Positions 1 to 10,668 of a DNA stretch of 64,000 bases are shown here, piece after piece. Every line of letters starts with the position of its first letter. The stretch's first letter is position 1. Location: NCBI GenBank assembly GCA_017654855.1, contig CM030338.1, forward strand, positions 2,976,001 through 3,040,000. Direction: 5' to 3'. This DNA comes from Podospora anserina (lineage: Eukaryota). Below the pieces are notes generated by a model. That model was not told the DNA's origin, did not search any database, and saw only the letters and a list, made by a program, of their open reading frames with translations. The position numbers and the translations under genes are program-made.

Positions 1-693
1 GGCTGGTATGCGGCTGGTAAGCAAAATAAAGTTCTGCGGCTGGTGAGGTTGTGCGGCTTGAATGCGACAACAAAAGCTTCAAGTCGTCGACGAGAAAGTG
101 GTTCGCGACGCGCTCTAATTGTACGACGCGTTCCACTGCGACGGTTTAATTGAAAGCTCGGGCCACCTTTGACATCCTTGCTGCCACTTGAGCTCCAACT
201 GGCAACATTCACAACGTTCACAACTAGGTGAATAACAAGAGACTGTACGAAGTCCATGTGTTCACTGGCCACCCGATACCACAACACCCCTCATTCACAC
301 TGTCCAACCGAGCCAACCCATCCTCTCCTCCTCGCAGTTCCTCGCAGTTTCCTCGCATTCTGCAATAACCAGCCCTTCCCAATCGAGGCTCCCACCAGGG
401 GTTCTCACCTCAATCTGTACAACCCTAACCCAATCCAGCCAAGCGTAACGGGCTGGCGGGGCCGTCTTGCGCATCTTGCGGCCAGATCGTCCGCCATTGA
501 TCACCAACCTTTTTGCGCTTGCGACGACACCACCGTTATCTTTTTCTGTGCGGCCGTCGCAAATTTGGTGGTTGGGCCCGTCTTGACCCTCATGAATCGA
601 CAAAGGGGTCTTTCCCTCTCTCCTCCTGCTCCCCCCGTCAAATAATAGATATACCTATTCAATTTCAAATATCTACCTGCCTGGTGCCCCATC

Positions 694-1890
694 ATGAGTG
701 GCTTAATCTTCCTCGTCGTGACCTCGGTAAGTTTGATGATGCGCCAGCCACCCTTCCCCGCGGCGATTTGTAAGACAACGGGCTAACTCACTGTTTCTCA
801 TTTCCATAGGTGGTCATGGCCGTGGCGTATGTTCATCACAACCTTCTTCCTCAAGCCACCATCTAATTGACCCCCCCCTCTTCGCGTTTGTTACAGCTCC
901 TTCCTCGCCGGCGCACTCCCCTTATCCATCAGCCTCACCCAATCCCAACTCCGCTTCGTCGCCTCCCTCGGCGCGGGTCTTTTAGTTGGATCATGCCTTA
1001 TAGTCATTGTCCCCGAGGGCATAGAAGCCATCGCCTCCGCCTCCTCCGACCATCACCACGACGATAATGCCCCGCACCGTCACCGTCGCGATGATCCCCC
1101 TCAGACCGAAGACGACGAGCTCCCAGCCTTCCACATCGGCCTCTCCCTCATCCTCGGCTTCGCCCTCATGTTCCTCATCGACCGCCTCCCCCGCCATCTA
1201 ACAGACCGCTTCACCCCTCCCCCCCAATCCCGCCACGTATCCCTCGACAACCTCTCCACTCACCAACCCGATTCCGACCTCGAAGACGAGTCCTTCCTTG
1301 GAAGTTTGACACCCTCCCCGAAACAATCACGATCACTAGCAACGACAATAGGACTGGTGATCCACGCGGCAGCAGACGGGGTTGCGATGGGGGCGTCAGC
1401 GACAACATCAAACATGAACGTCGGCCTGATCATCTTCTTCGCCATTCTGGTCCACAAGGCCCCCGCGGCGTTTGGGCTCACGTCTACGCTGCTTAAGCAA
1501 GGGTTGAGCAAACGAGCGGCGAGGGTGCATCTCATGGTGTTCAGCCTGGCGGCGCCGGTGGGGGCGCTGGTGACGTATTTCATGGTGGGCATGTTGGGGG
1601 GGGAGCATTTGGAGGGGGAGGAGGAGGGGGGGAAGTGGTGGACGGGGATGCTGCTCTTGTTCAGCGGGGGGACGTTTTTGTATGTGGCTATGCATGCTAT
1701 GCAGGAGGAGAATTCTTTTGGAGTTGGGGGGCATGATCATGCTGGGCAGGGAGGTGGGGGGGGTTATTCAGAGGTTGGGAATGGGGGGAATAGGAGGGGG
1801 GGGAGGTTGGAGTTGAGGGATACTTTGGGGACGGTGGTGGGGATGTTGCTGCCTTTGGCGACGAGGTTTGGGCATCATCATCATCATTAG
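694..1890 (+). CDS. ZIP-family (ZIP9/Atx2-like) zinc/manganese transporter; exons 694-726, 810-826, 897-1890
   Basis: Spliced N-terminus MSGLIFLVVTS-VVMAVA-SFLAGALPLSI...GAGLLVGSCLIVIVPEG. ZIP motifs GLVIHAAADGVAMG, HKAPAAFGL and LFSGGTFLYVA. Introns have GTAAGT/GTATGT donors and CTAAC/CTAAT branch sites. C-terminus ends HHHHH. Confidence 0.9.
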
Positions 1891-3651
1891 GGGGAGGGGA
1901 GCTGATGTGTGGGTTTTTTTTTCTGATGGCGTTATTGGGACAAGGGCGGGCTTGGATAGCGATGTTTATTGTTTTTGTGGGATAAAAAGGGGGGTGATGG
2001 GTGTGTATGATTATCAGCGTAGCAGTGGGGTTGAACGAAAGGCGTTGTTTTTACTAGGTAAGTGTCTAAATGTACGACTACCACTACCATGCTTGATCAT
2101 ATCAGGTTTCTTTTCCTGGCTTTATCACTGGTATATGGGAATGCATGCTTCCTCGCTCTGGAGACCTAACGTGTGTGTAAGATTTGGACTTCACACATCG
2201 GTTCGGAAAGCAGGTCTCGAGTCAGGTTGTACAAAGTCGCCCTTACCTTCCGTACCTTGATTACGGGCCCGAAATAAACCGGCCACATCCATGGAGGAAG
2301 GGCCTGTAGGTCCGCAGGGTCAGGGGGAAATCCATACAGGATTCTGAGATGGGTGGCTGAAAATGTTGCTCTTCGAAGCTACTACACTAACAAAGTTGGT
2401 GGTGAGGTGGGTGATGTGGATATGCTTGTGCGTGTGTGCGGGGCGGATGGGCGGGCCTGGGGCTGGGACTGTTGGCCTGCTCCTGGTGGTGGGACGTTTC
2501 ATATTTTGGGGGAGGGGAGAGAAGTTGTCAGGTTTTTTTTGGGCATGTCCGGGTGTTTTGGGTTTTTGAGAGATGAAAGATGAGCGGCAGGTTTAGACGA
2601 TCATTTTGTTATGACAGGAGGGGAGCGTTGGATGCTACGATGAATCGTTGGGGTGGGTGTCAAAAGATGGATGGATGGATGGATGGGATATTCAAGAATC
2701 AAGAATCTTTGGCAGACATCCGGGTTTTGACTTACACAGTTCAGTTTCAGTGACACCAGGGTTCGGATTTGGGAGCTGACTGCAGTTGATAATATATGGA
2801 CTGCCTTTTTGCTGCAGGGCATGATGTAAATCCTAGAAATAATACCTGTTGTGTATAGGTAGGTTAATTTCCATGTGGGCTGTGATGCAATCTACCTAGC
2901 CAGGGACCTGTGGTTTAAGCAGACAGGACCTAGGGTCAGTCCGTTTACGCCGTGTTGTTACCGTGGCGCTTTTCATGCAATGAGTGGCGAAGAGGCGTGA
3001 GTTTGTATACCCAGTGATATTTCCAGCTAGGTGGTTGTTAGTTCGGGGGATGCCGCTGCTATTCTTGTTGTAGACAGATAGATGAATGTGTGAGATCGGT
3101 GTATGCATGACGGGCATGGAGATGAGGTAGGAGGTCGGGGGTGCCCTAGTAAAATGCAAACGCCGGATTTGCTTCTTGGACGAGTTCTGTGCGAAGGTCA
3201 CTCCGGCCCGAAGGGGGGGCAAAGTCAAAAGAGAAAGGGGGTGTTGCTCCATGTTATTGTTAGGTTGTGAGTTGAGATGGTGGATTCGAGAGGAGAGAAA
3301 GTCCCGTTGAGAGTCTCACGGGAGGGGGCTGGAGGGGGACCACCGCTAAGGCTGCTGCGGGTTTGGTGTGTCGCTCGCTGATGCTGATGCGATGCCGTGT
3401 TTTGATCACAGACTTGAGTAGAGATCCAAGAGTGAAAAATGTCAAATGCCCAACTGCCAGCAACGGCCATGGCAACATATACCTGTCCAGCCAGATGGGC
3501 CAAACGGTAGTATTGCTCGATAACACATCGTCGCTGGCTCCATTCGAAGGGGTCTTGATCGCAGTGGTCTGCAGGTGGCGTAACTCCCTGGCTGGAGTCG
3601 CGGAGGGGCGCTGGGCGTGCAGGTTTAGGCTTGGGTGGGGCCCAACCGCTG

Positions 3652-3683
<32 letters not shown>
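3652..3683. repeat. Compound (AC)n(AG)n microsatellite
   Basis: Directly visible acacac...agagag run. Confidence 0.9.
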
Positions 3684-3804
3684 GGCGGGTACCAAGTTAC
3701 AAGTCCCAGTCTCGAACAGAACAGAGCAAAAGGAAAGGAAAAGGGACGCCCCCTTCCCGCCTCGTATTTCTTCTGCTTCACCTCCCCTTCTCAGCCCTCA
3801 CTCG

Positions 3805-3849
<45 letters not shown>

Positions 3850-3858
3850 CTTCACCTC
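3805..3858. repeat. (CACCCT)n hexanucleotide tandem repeat, about 8-9 units
   Basis: Directly visible caccctcaccct... upstream of the F-box gene. Confidence 0.9.
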
Positions 3859-4535
3859 ACTCACCCTTTGGTTTTGATGTGTAGCTAGTTATGGTTGTGT
3901 GTGTCTCGTAGCCATTCTTTGTTCCGTCATCCATCCCTTCTTTCCAAACGCCTCAGCTCGGGCAGCCCCAGCCAGACCCGTTCGAACTTGCGCGCGCGCG
4001 CGCCTCCCGTCGCCCTTAACAATTCCCTGTTTCGGTTTCGGCTCTGCCGTCTCCTCCTGCCAACTTTCAGATTGAATTGCCGGCCAACGCTGACCACCAA
4101 CCACCACCACCACTACCAACCACCAACTGGCGACCTTCCCCCCTGGCCAGGAACCTCCAATCCTCTTCGGCCTCGACGACTTCATTTTTCTTTCTCTTGA
4201 CACTTCCCCCCCCGTTCGAACCTCCGAGCTCCTCCCGTCACCGCGGCGACTTGAGTCGGGATATCCCGAGAATCACACCTTTAGCGGCTAGCGCTTCCCG
4301 GCACCCGCGACTCGAACATACCGCTGCCGTACTCGAAACTGCCCAAGTGTTCTTACGCCGCTCACTCTTTTTTTTTGTGTACCTGGATTTCGTGAGGGTG
4401 TGGTGGAAGAGAAAAAAAAATCATTACTTGGTCCCTGACATCGCTGTCGTCTTTCTCTCGAGTCCCCAGCCTGACCCGCCAGGCCGCCTCAACACCACCT
4501 ACCTCTTCAACTGGTAGTGTGCCTACACATACGAA

Positions 4536-6744
4536 ATGTCCTACAATCCACCAATGAGTTTCTCCGAGAGGAGAGGGGCCGTCTTTAACGAGGAGTTGTC
4601 GCTGAATACACATCATGGCATCAAGAGCCTGGCGCAACCGCGTCCCAGAGGGCCACCAACACCGAGTATGAGCACGCCCGCGGCAGACTTCGATCAGGTT
4701 ACCGGCTCTCCACCACCTCCACCCACGCCGGCGGCATCCCCAGGACCATCCAACTCGAGGCCGGATTGGAAGAGCGCCGACGAAACCGAGGAGGCCTACC
4801 TTGCTACAATTCGCCAGTACTTTGTCAAGTGCAACAGTGCTCAGAGGGGGCGGCTGCTGTCTGATCTGCTGAACCTCTGCACCAGTCAACAGCTGAGCTT
4901 TGTGCACCAGTTTGTCAGCCCGCTGCTGAAGAAGGATCCATTCACTACTCTCCCAGATGAACTGTGTCTTAGAGTTGGTCTCGCGCTCCCCGGCTTTGCG
5001 CCTTTGCATGTAACTGACCGTGTGCCGCTTAGATCCTCTCGTTCATCGACGATCCCAAGGTGCTTGTGCGCGCATCGCAAGTGTCCCGAAGATGGCGGGA
5101 TTTGCTGAGTGATGACATGACGTGGAAGAATCTATGCGTAAAGCACGATTATCAGCGTAGGATGTCGGAAGTCCAGGCTATGCGGGCAGAACTCTACGGT
5201 CATGCTCAGCGAGACGACGGTGCGGCCACCGGGGACTGTTCCGGCGCGCTCACGTCCAACTCGCTACCCGCGTCGTTTGGAAGCAGCACCGGCGCGCGGC
5301 CGAGGCTCACGTCGTACAAGTCACACTTTAAGCAGAGATATCTGGTTGATGTGGCTTGGAGGACGGGCGGGCGGAACATCTCCAAGAATCTCACCCAGGA
5401 TGGCGGCGTGGTCACGAGTCTGCATTTGACCTCCAAGTACATCATTGTGGCTCTTGATAATGCCAGGATCCACGTGTTTGATACCGAAGGAAACGCGCTT
5501 CGCACCCTGCAGGGCCATGTGATGGGTGTCTGGGCTATGGTGCCCTGGGATGATATCCTGGTCAGTGGTGGCTGTGACAGAGAGGTTCGGGTTTGGGACC
5601 TGACGACTGGGTAAGTTTCATCATAGGTTTGGTGGTCATTCGGTTCTGGGCTGACTTTTGGATCACAGAAACTGCCTGCATACGCTTAGGGGTCACACCT
5701 CCACGGTCCGCTGTCTTAAGATGTCAGATGCCAACACGGCCATTTCCGGATCCAGAGACACGACCCTTCGGGTTTGGGATATCAGAAACGGCACACTGAT
5801 CAAGCTGCTTGTCGGCCACCAGGCCAGCGTCCGGTGTTTGGAGATCAAGGGTGACATCGTGGTGTCTGGCAGTTATGATACCACCGCCAAGGTGTGGAGT
5901 ATTTCCGAAGGTCGCTGCCTTCACACGCTTTCGGGGCATTACAGCCAAATCTATGCAATCGCCTTTGATGGCTACCGGGTGGCGACTGGCAGTCTTGACA
6001 CTAGTGTCAGGATCTGGAATGCGCAGACAGGGTAGGTTTCCATCTGACATCTCGTTAAAAGTCCAATGCTAACTAACACAATTCCACAGTGAATGTCAAG
6101 CTGTTCTCCAAGGCCACACCTCCCTCGTGGGTCAACTGCAAATGCGCGGCGGCACACTCGTCACGGGCGGCAGTGATGGCTCTGTGAGAGTATGGTCGCT
6201 CGAGAGATTTTGCCCTATTCACCGGCTCGCCGCCCACGACAACAGCGTGACGAGCTTGCAATTTGACGACACGAGGGTTGTCAGCGGAGGTAGCGACGGG
6301 CGAGTCAAGGTCTGGGATCTCAAGACTGGCCAGCTGGTTCGCGAGCTTATCACGCAGGGCGAGGCTGTGTGGAGGGTTGCGTTTGAGGATGAGAAGTGCG
6401 TCGCGATGGCGCTGAAGAATAGCCGGACCGTCATGGAGGTAAGCACCCCTTTTTTTTTTTTTTTTTCGTCCTGAGCACGCAGCGGAATATTGACATGTGT
6501 ACAGGTTTGGAACTTCTCGCCACCAGAAGAAATGCTCAACGACCGCCCTGTTATCCCATTAAAGAGAACCCTCGACGCCCCAGCACCAGACGGCAGCAGA
6601 CCACTCAGCGCCTTTGCTCTGGACTACCGGGGTGCTGGAAGCAGTAGTAGCGGCAATGGAATGCTTGACGTCGATATGCCCGACGCAGGACCGTCCACCG
6701 CGCCACTTCAACAGAGCGGTGGCATGTTTTTCCGGGATCCATGA
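4536..6744 (+). CDS. F-box/WD40 SCF substrate receptor (Cdc4/Fbw7-like family); exons 4536-4973, 5033-5610, 5669-6031, 6090-6438, 6505-6744
   Basis: F-box DPFTTLPDELCLR|ILSFIDDPKVLVRASQVSRRW followed by about 7 WD40 repeats (GHVMGVW...VWD, GHTSTVR...SGSRDTTLRVWD, GHQASVR, GHYSQIY, GHTSLV, AHDNSV). Four introns restore the frame. Confidence 0.9.
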
Positions 6745-8208
6745 ATACGAGATGATTCTCAACGCTATGGTACATACACACATACACTTATGATGTGAAG
6801 TGAGAAAGGGGGGTTATCATTGTTGGCGTCATCCGCTGATTTGCTTATTTTCTTTTTTGGCTGGTTATTATTTTTGCGCATACCCCCATTCTTGTTGGTT
6901 TATTTATCTTTTGGGTCTCAACGGCAACATGATCGTTCTGTATCGAATTGGGGGGGGGGAGGTGGTTGGTTGTATGGAAACGAAGGGTATCGACTGGATG
7001 GAGTTTTTTGTTATGTTTGTTGTATGTTGGTTATTAGGAAACTGGAGGGAGGAAATATGTGATAGCGCATTGTTATGGCGTTGTTTTTTTGTTACACACT
7101 TATTTCTCTCTCATCTTCAGGCTTTCTTTTTTGGACGGTGCTGTCAACTCTGTATAGAAGACAGCCGAATAAATATGAGAGCAGTGGTTTTGTTATCAAA
7201 CATGAATGAGAGATGACGGTGGTGGTGGTGTAAAGTGGAGGAGGTTTGAGAGGGATGAGTGTGGGGTGAGCTGAGTGAGTGGATTCCGTTGCTGATATCA
7301 TTTGCATTGGGCGTCGGGGGGGGTGTATCGGAGTCTTATCAGATCGGTCGGTCGGGTCGGATGGGCCGGAGAGCGATGCGGTGCGGCGGTGTTTTGTGTC
7401 CAAGTACGGAGTAAGACTTTTATCAACCCGTGTATAGACGAGAAAGAGAGAGAGAGTAAAAGATATATTCTCGTCTTTTGTCCTTGATATCTTGAAATTG
7501 AAAAGCTGCCAGGCCTTAACTCCGAACCTACTCCGTTCAGTGGTGGAGTTTCCAAGTCCCTGTCATGGAAGATGAAGTCAGCGGACATAGCACGGACGAG
7601 ATGTGTTTCTAGATCTGAGATTTGGTGACACCAAAACTAAAATGCTTACGGGACTTCCCCCCGTGGGCTCCGAGAGGGACTTTTCTTCCATGAAGGTTGA
7701 TAATACCGTAGCAATTGACTAAGAAAGAGCGATTTTTTTTATTCCATAAAATAAAAAGGGCCGAGAATGGGCAAAAACAGCTCTGGAAAAGTCCCACTCT
7801 TGAGGTTCGGTTGTATCCGTGCTTGCGGCCCCTCTTGTGTGGTGCTGTCACTGTTGGAAATGCTGGCAGGTGGGGACTTTTTGCAGCAAAGAGAGAAACC
7901 CCCAACCATGTCTGGCTTCGCTTAAACAAGGCTAGCGCGTAGATTCTCAACAAGCATCACCGCCCCCCAACGCCAAAAACTTGGGGGACCCATTCCTTTT
8001 TTGCAGTGCTGCTGTGCTGTTGCTGGGCCCTGCTGTTGCTGAGAAGCTGCCACACCTACCTCTCCCACCCTATCCAGCTCCCGACATCGCGGTCCCTTCT
8101 CGCTTGGACCTGACCATCCCTCTCCGTCCTCTTTTTTTTTTTTTTCCCTTCACCTTCTTTTTCCCTTTTTTTTCATTGCGCAACCAACCCTTCCCCCCAT
8201 CACACAAA

Positions 8209-9816
8209 ATGTTCTCGCGAGCCACCCGGTTAACAAGGGCGCTGCCCATCCGCGTTGCTGCTGCCCGCGCCAGCCCTGTCACGGCTTCGCTTGCCCGGAG
8301 GACCGTCACCACCAATGCCGCTTCGGCGCAGGTTGATAAGAGCTCCGTCCCCCAGGTATGTTCAGTGTGGAGGTGTAGCAGCTTGTGTCATGAGTAGGAA
8401 CTGTGCTTTCCGGACCCACCGGGATGCTTGGATATCGAGGGGACATTATCGTTTGCATTGGGAGAATGTTTGCGATATATCTCTTTTATTTGCGAACGTT
8501 GTCAAGTCGCTCTTTTTTTTATTGTTGAGGTTTTGCGTCACTTTTTTGTTTGTCTGTCACTGATATTGTTGTTATTATCACGACAACAGTCCGAAGATGA
8601 GCCCTTCCATGTCACCCTTTCCGACGAGAGCTTCGAGACGTACGAGCTCGACCCCCCACCTTACCAGCTTGAGGTCACCAAGAAGCAGTTGAAGCAGATG
8701 TATAAGGATATGGTTGTCGTCAGGTATGAAAGGCACATGGGTTTTCGGAGGTCCGTGATCTTTGTGCTGACGCAACGATACCGGATCATAGACAAATGGA
8801 GATGGCTGCCGACAGACTATACAAGGAGAAGAAGATTCGGGGTTTCTGCCACCTCTCCACCGGTCAGGAGGCCGTCGCCGTCGGTATCGAGCATGCGATC
8901 AACAAGTCGGACGATGTCATCACCTCTTACAGATGCCACGGTTTCGCCTATATGAGAGGCGGCACTGTGCGCTCCATCATTGGCGAGCTTCTTGGTCGCC
9001 GTGAGGGTATTGCGTACGGCAAGGGCGGTTCTATGCACATGTTCGCCAAGGGCTTTTATGGCGGCAACGGCATTGTCGGCGCTCAGGTGCCTGTCGGTGC
9101 CGGGTTGGCTTTTGCCCAGAAGTATACCGGTGGCAAGAAGGCTACTGTTATCCTGTATGGTGATGGTGCTTCCAACCAGGGTCAGGTGTTTGAGGCTTTC
9201 AACATGGCCAAGCTTTGGAAGTTGCCCGCCCTTTTCGGGTGCGAGAGTGAGTTTCCAGACACTGCTACGAACATAGGGGTCATTGCTAACATTGTGGCTC
9301 TCAGACAACAAGTACGGTATGGGTACCTCCGCTGCCCGCTCCTCCGCCCTGACCGACTACTACAAGCGCGGCCAGTACATCCCCGGTCTCAAGGTCAACG
9401 GCATGGACGTCCTTGCGGTCAAGGCGGCCGTCCAGTACGGCAAGCAGTGGACTGAGGAGGACAATGGTCCGTTGGTTCTCGAGTACGTGACCTACCGCTA
9501 CGGTGGTCATAGTATGTCGGACCCCGGCACCACCTACCGCACCCGTGAGGAAATTCAGCGTATGCGGTCCACCAACGATCCCATCGCCGGCCTCAAGCAG
9601 CACATTCTTGACTGGGGCGTTGCTCAGGAGGACGAGCTCAAGAACATCGACAAGGAGGCGCGCAGCTTCGTCAACGAGGAGGTGGCCGCCGCCGAGGCCA
9701 TGGCCGTCCCTGAGGCCACCCCCAAGATCCTGTACGAGGACATTTACGTCAGAGGCTCCGAGCCCGATTTCATCCGTGGCCGCATCCTGGATGAGAACTA
9801 CTACTTCAAGCAGTAA
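8209..9816 (+). CDS. PDA1: Pyruvate dehydrogenase E1 alpha subunit, mitochondrial; exons 8209-8355, 8590-8723, 8792-9246, 9305-9816
   Basis: Arg-rich presequence [28 protein letters not shown]-binding motif [16 protein letters not shown]; phosphorylation loop [12 protein letters not shown]. Confidence 0.97.
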
Positions 9817-9874
9817 ATGGTTGGAGAGTAGAGTGGTTGTGAGGTGGTGAGGTGGTGAGGGGTTGAACAAGAGG

Positions 9875-9877
<3 letters not shown>

Positions 9878-9905
<28 letters not shown>
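9878..9905. repeat. (AG)n microsatellite downstream of PDA1
   Basis: Directly visible. Confidence 0.85.
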
Positions 9906-10288
9906 CCGTTTATACAAACAGTGAAATTACTCGAGCTTTGCCGCTGAGCATTTGGTTTTTTTTCTCGTGTGGTTGGCTTTTTTTTGTACATTACCTTCCT
10001 AATCGTCCGTCATAGAGCTTTCGGAGGGAAAAATACGGTTATGAAGAAAATGATTTTTGAGATTTGGGAATGGGACAATGGTGCTTTTCTTTTCTATTTG
10101 CCTTGCGTTTTGCGACTGAGTAATACTTAGAATATGCGGACGGTGGTATACATATGGGATTGAGAAGCATATTTTCACATGGAGGGCAAGTCCCTCGATG
10201 CATTAAGCTGATGCCTAAGCTTGGACCCTTCGATGCTGCCTGAAGATGAACAAAATGGCCCACTTTGCTCATGTGACCATGCTACTTT

Positions 10289-10330
10289 ACGCGAGAAGAT
10301 TAGGGGAGGGAAAACGCGTCGGAAGCGCGT
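10289..10330. promoter_or_regulatory. Cluster of MCB-like (ACGCGT) cell-cycle boxes upstream of DNA ligase I
   Basis: ACGCGA 10289-10294, perfect ACGCGT 10314-10319, GCGCGT 10325-10330. MCB/MBF control of CDC9 is established in yeasts. Confidence 0.55.
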
Positions 10331-10668
10331 CACTCTTTTGTCCTTCCAATTGGTTTGTAGTCGTACATACCTGCCGATTTGAAGCACCCTGTCACCGCTG
10401 CCCGCCTGCCGCCCGCCGCCCTGCCTGCTGCCTATTATTATTATTATTATTATCAATATTGGACGTGTACTTTTTTTTCTGGTTTTTTTGCAACTACTTT
10501 TTATAAAACACTTGCTAGTTCCAGCAATAGCAAATTCAAGAAAAGCTGGCTCCTCGGCTTTTGTCATTTTTGTCTTTTACTGCGATCTTCCCGCGACAGC
10601 AACAACTTTTACGACGAGGATTTTATTGCTCGAGGGCATTGTTTAGTGCTGGTGGTGGGTTGATTACG

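Noticed and set aside
256-645. 129-aa ATG ORF upstream of the ZIP gene
   Set aside because: No recognisable features; at most a uORF, which cannot be supported without TSS data.
4515-4517. In-frame TAG upstream of the F-box AUG as an A-to-I editing or readthrough site
   Set aside because: The upstream frame has no AUG and its translation does not look protein-like.
8356-8589. TPP riboswitch or snoRNA in the long first intron of PDA1
   Set aside because: A small hairpin is present, but the TPP aptamer core (CUGAGA…ACCUGAU) and C/D or H/ACA boxes are not.
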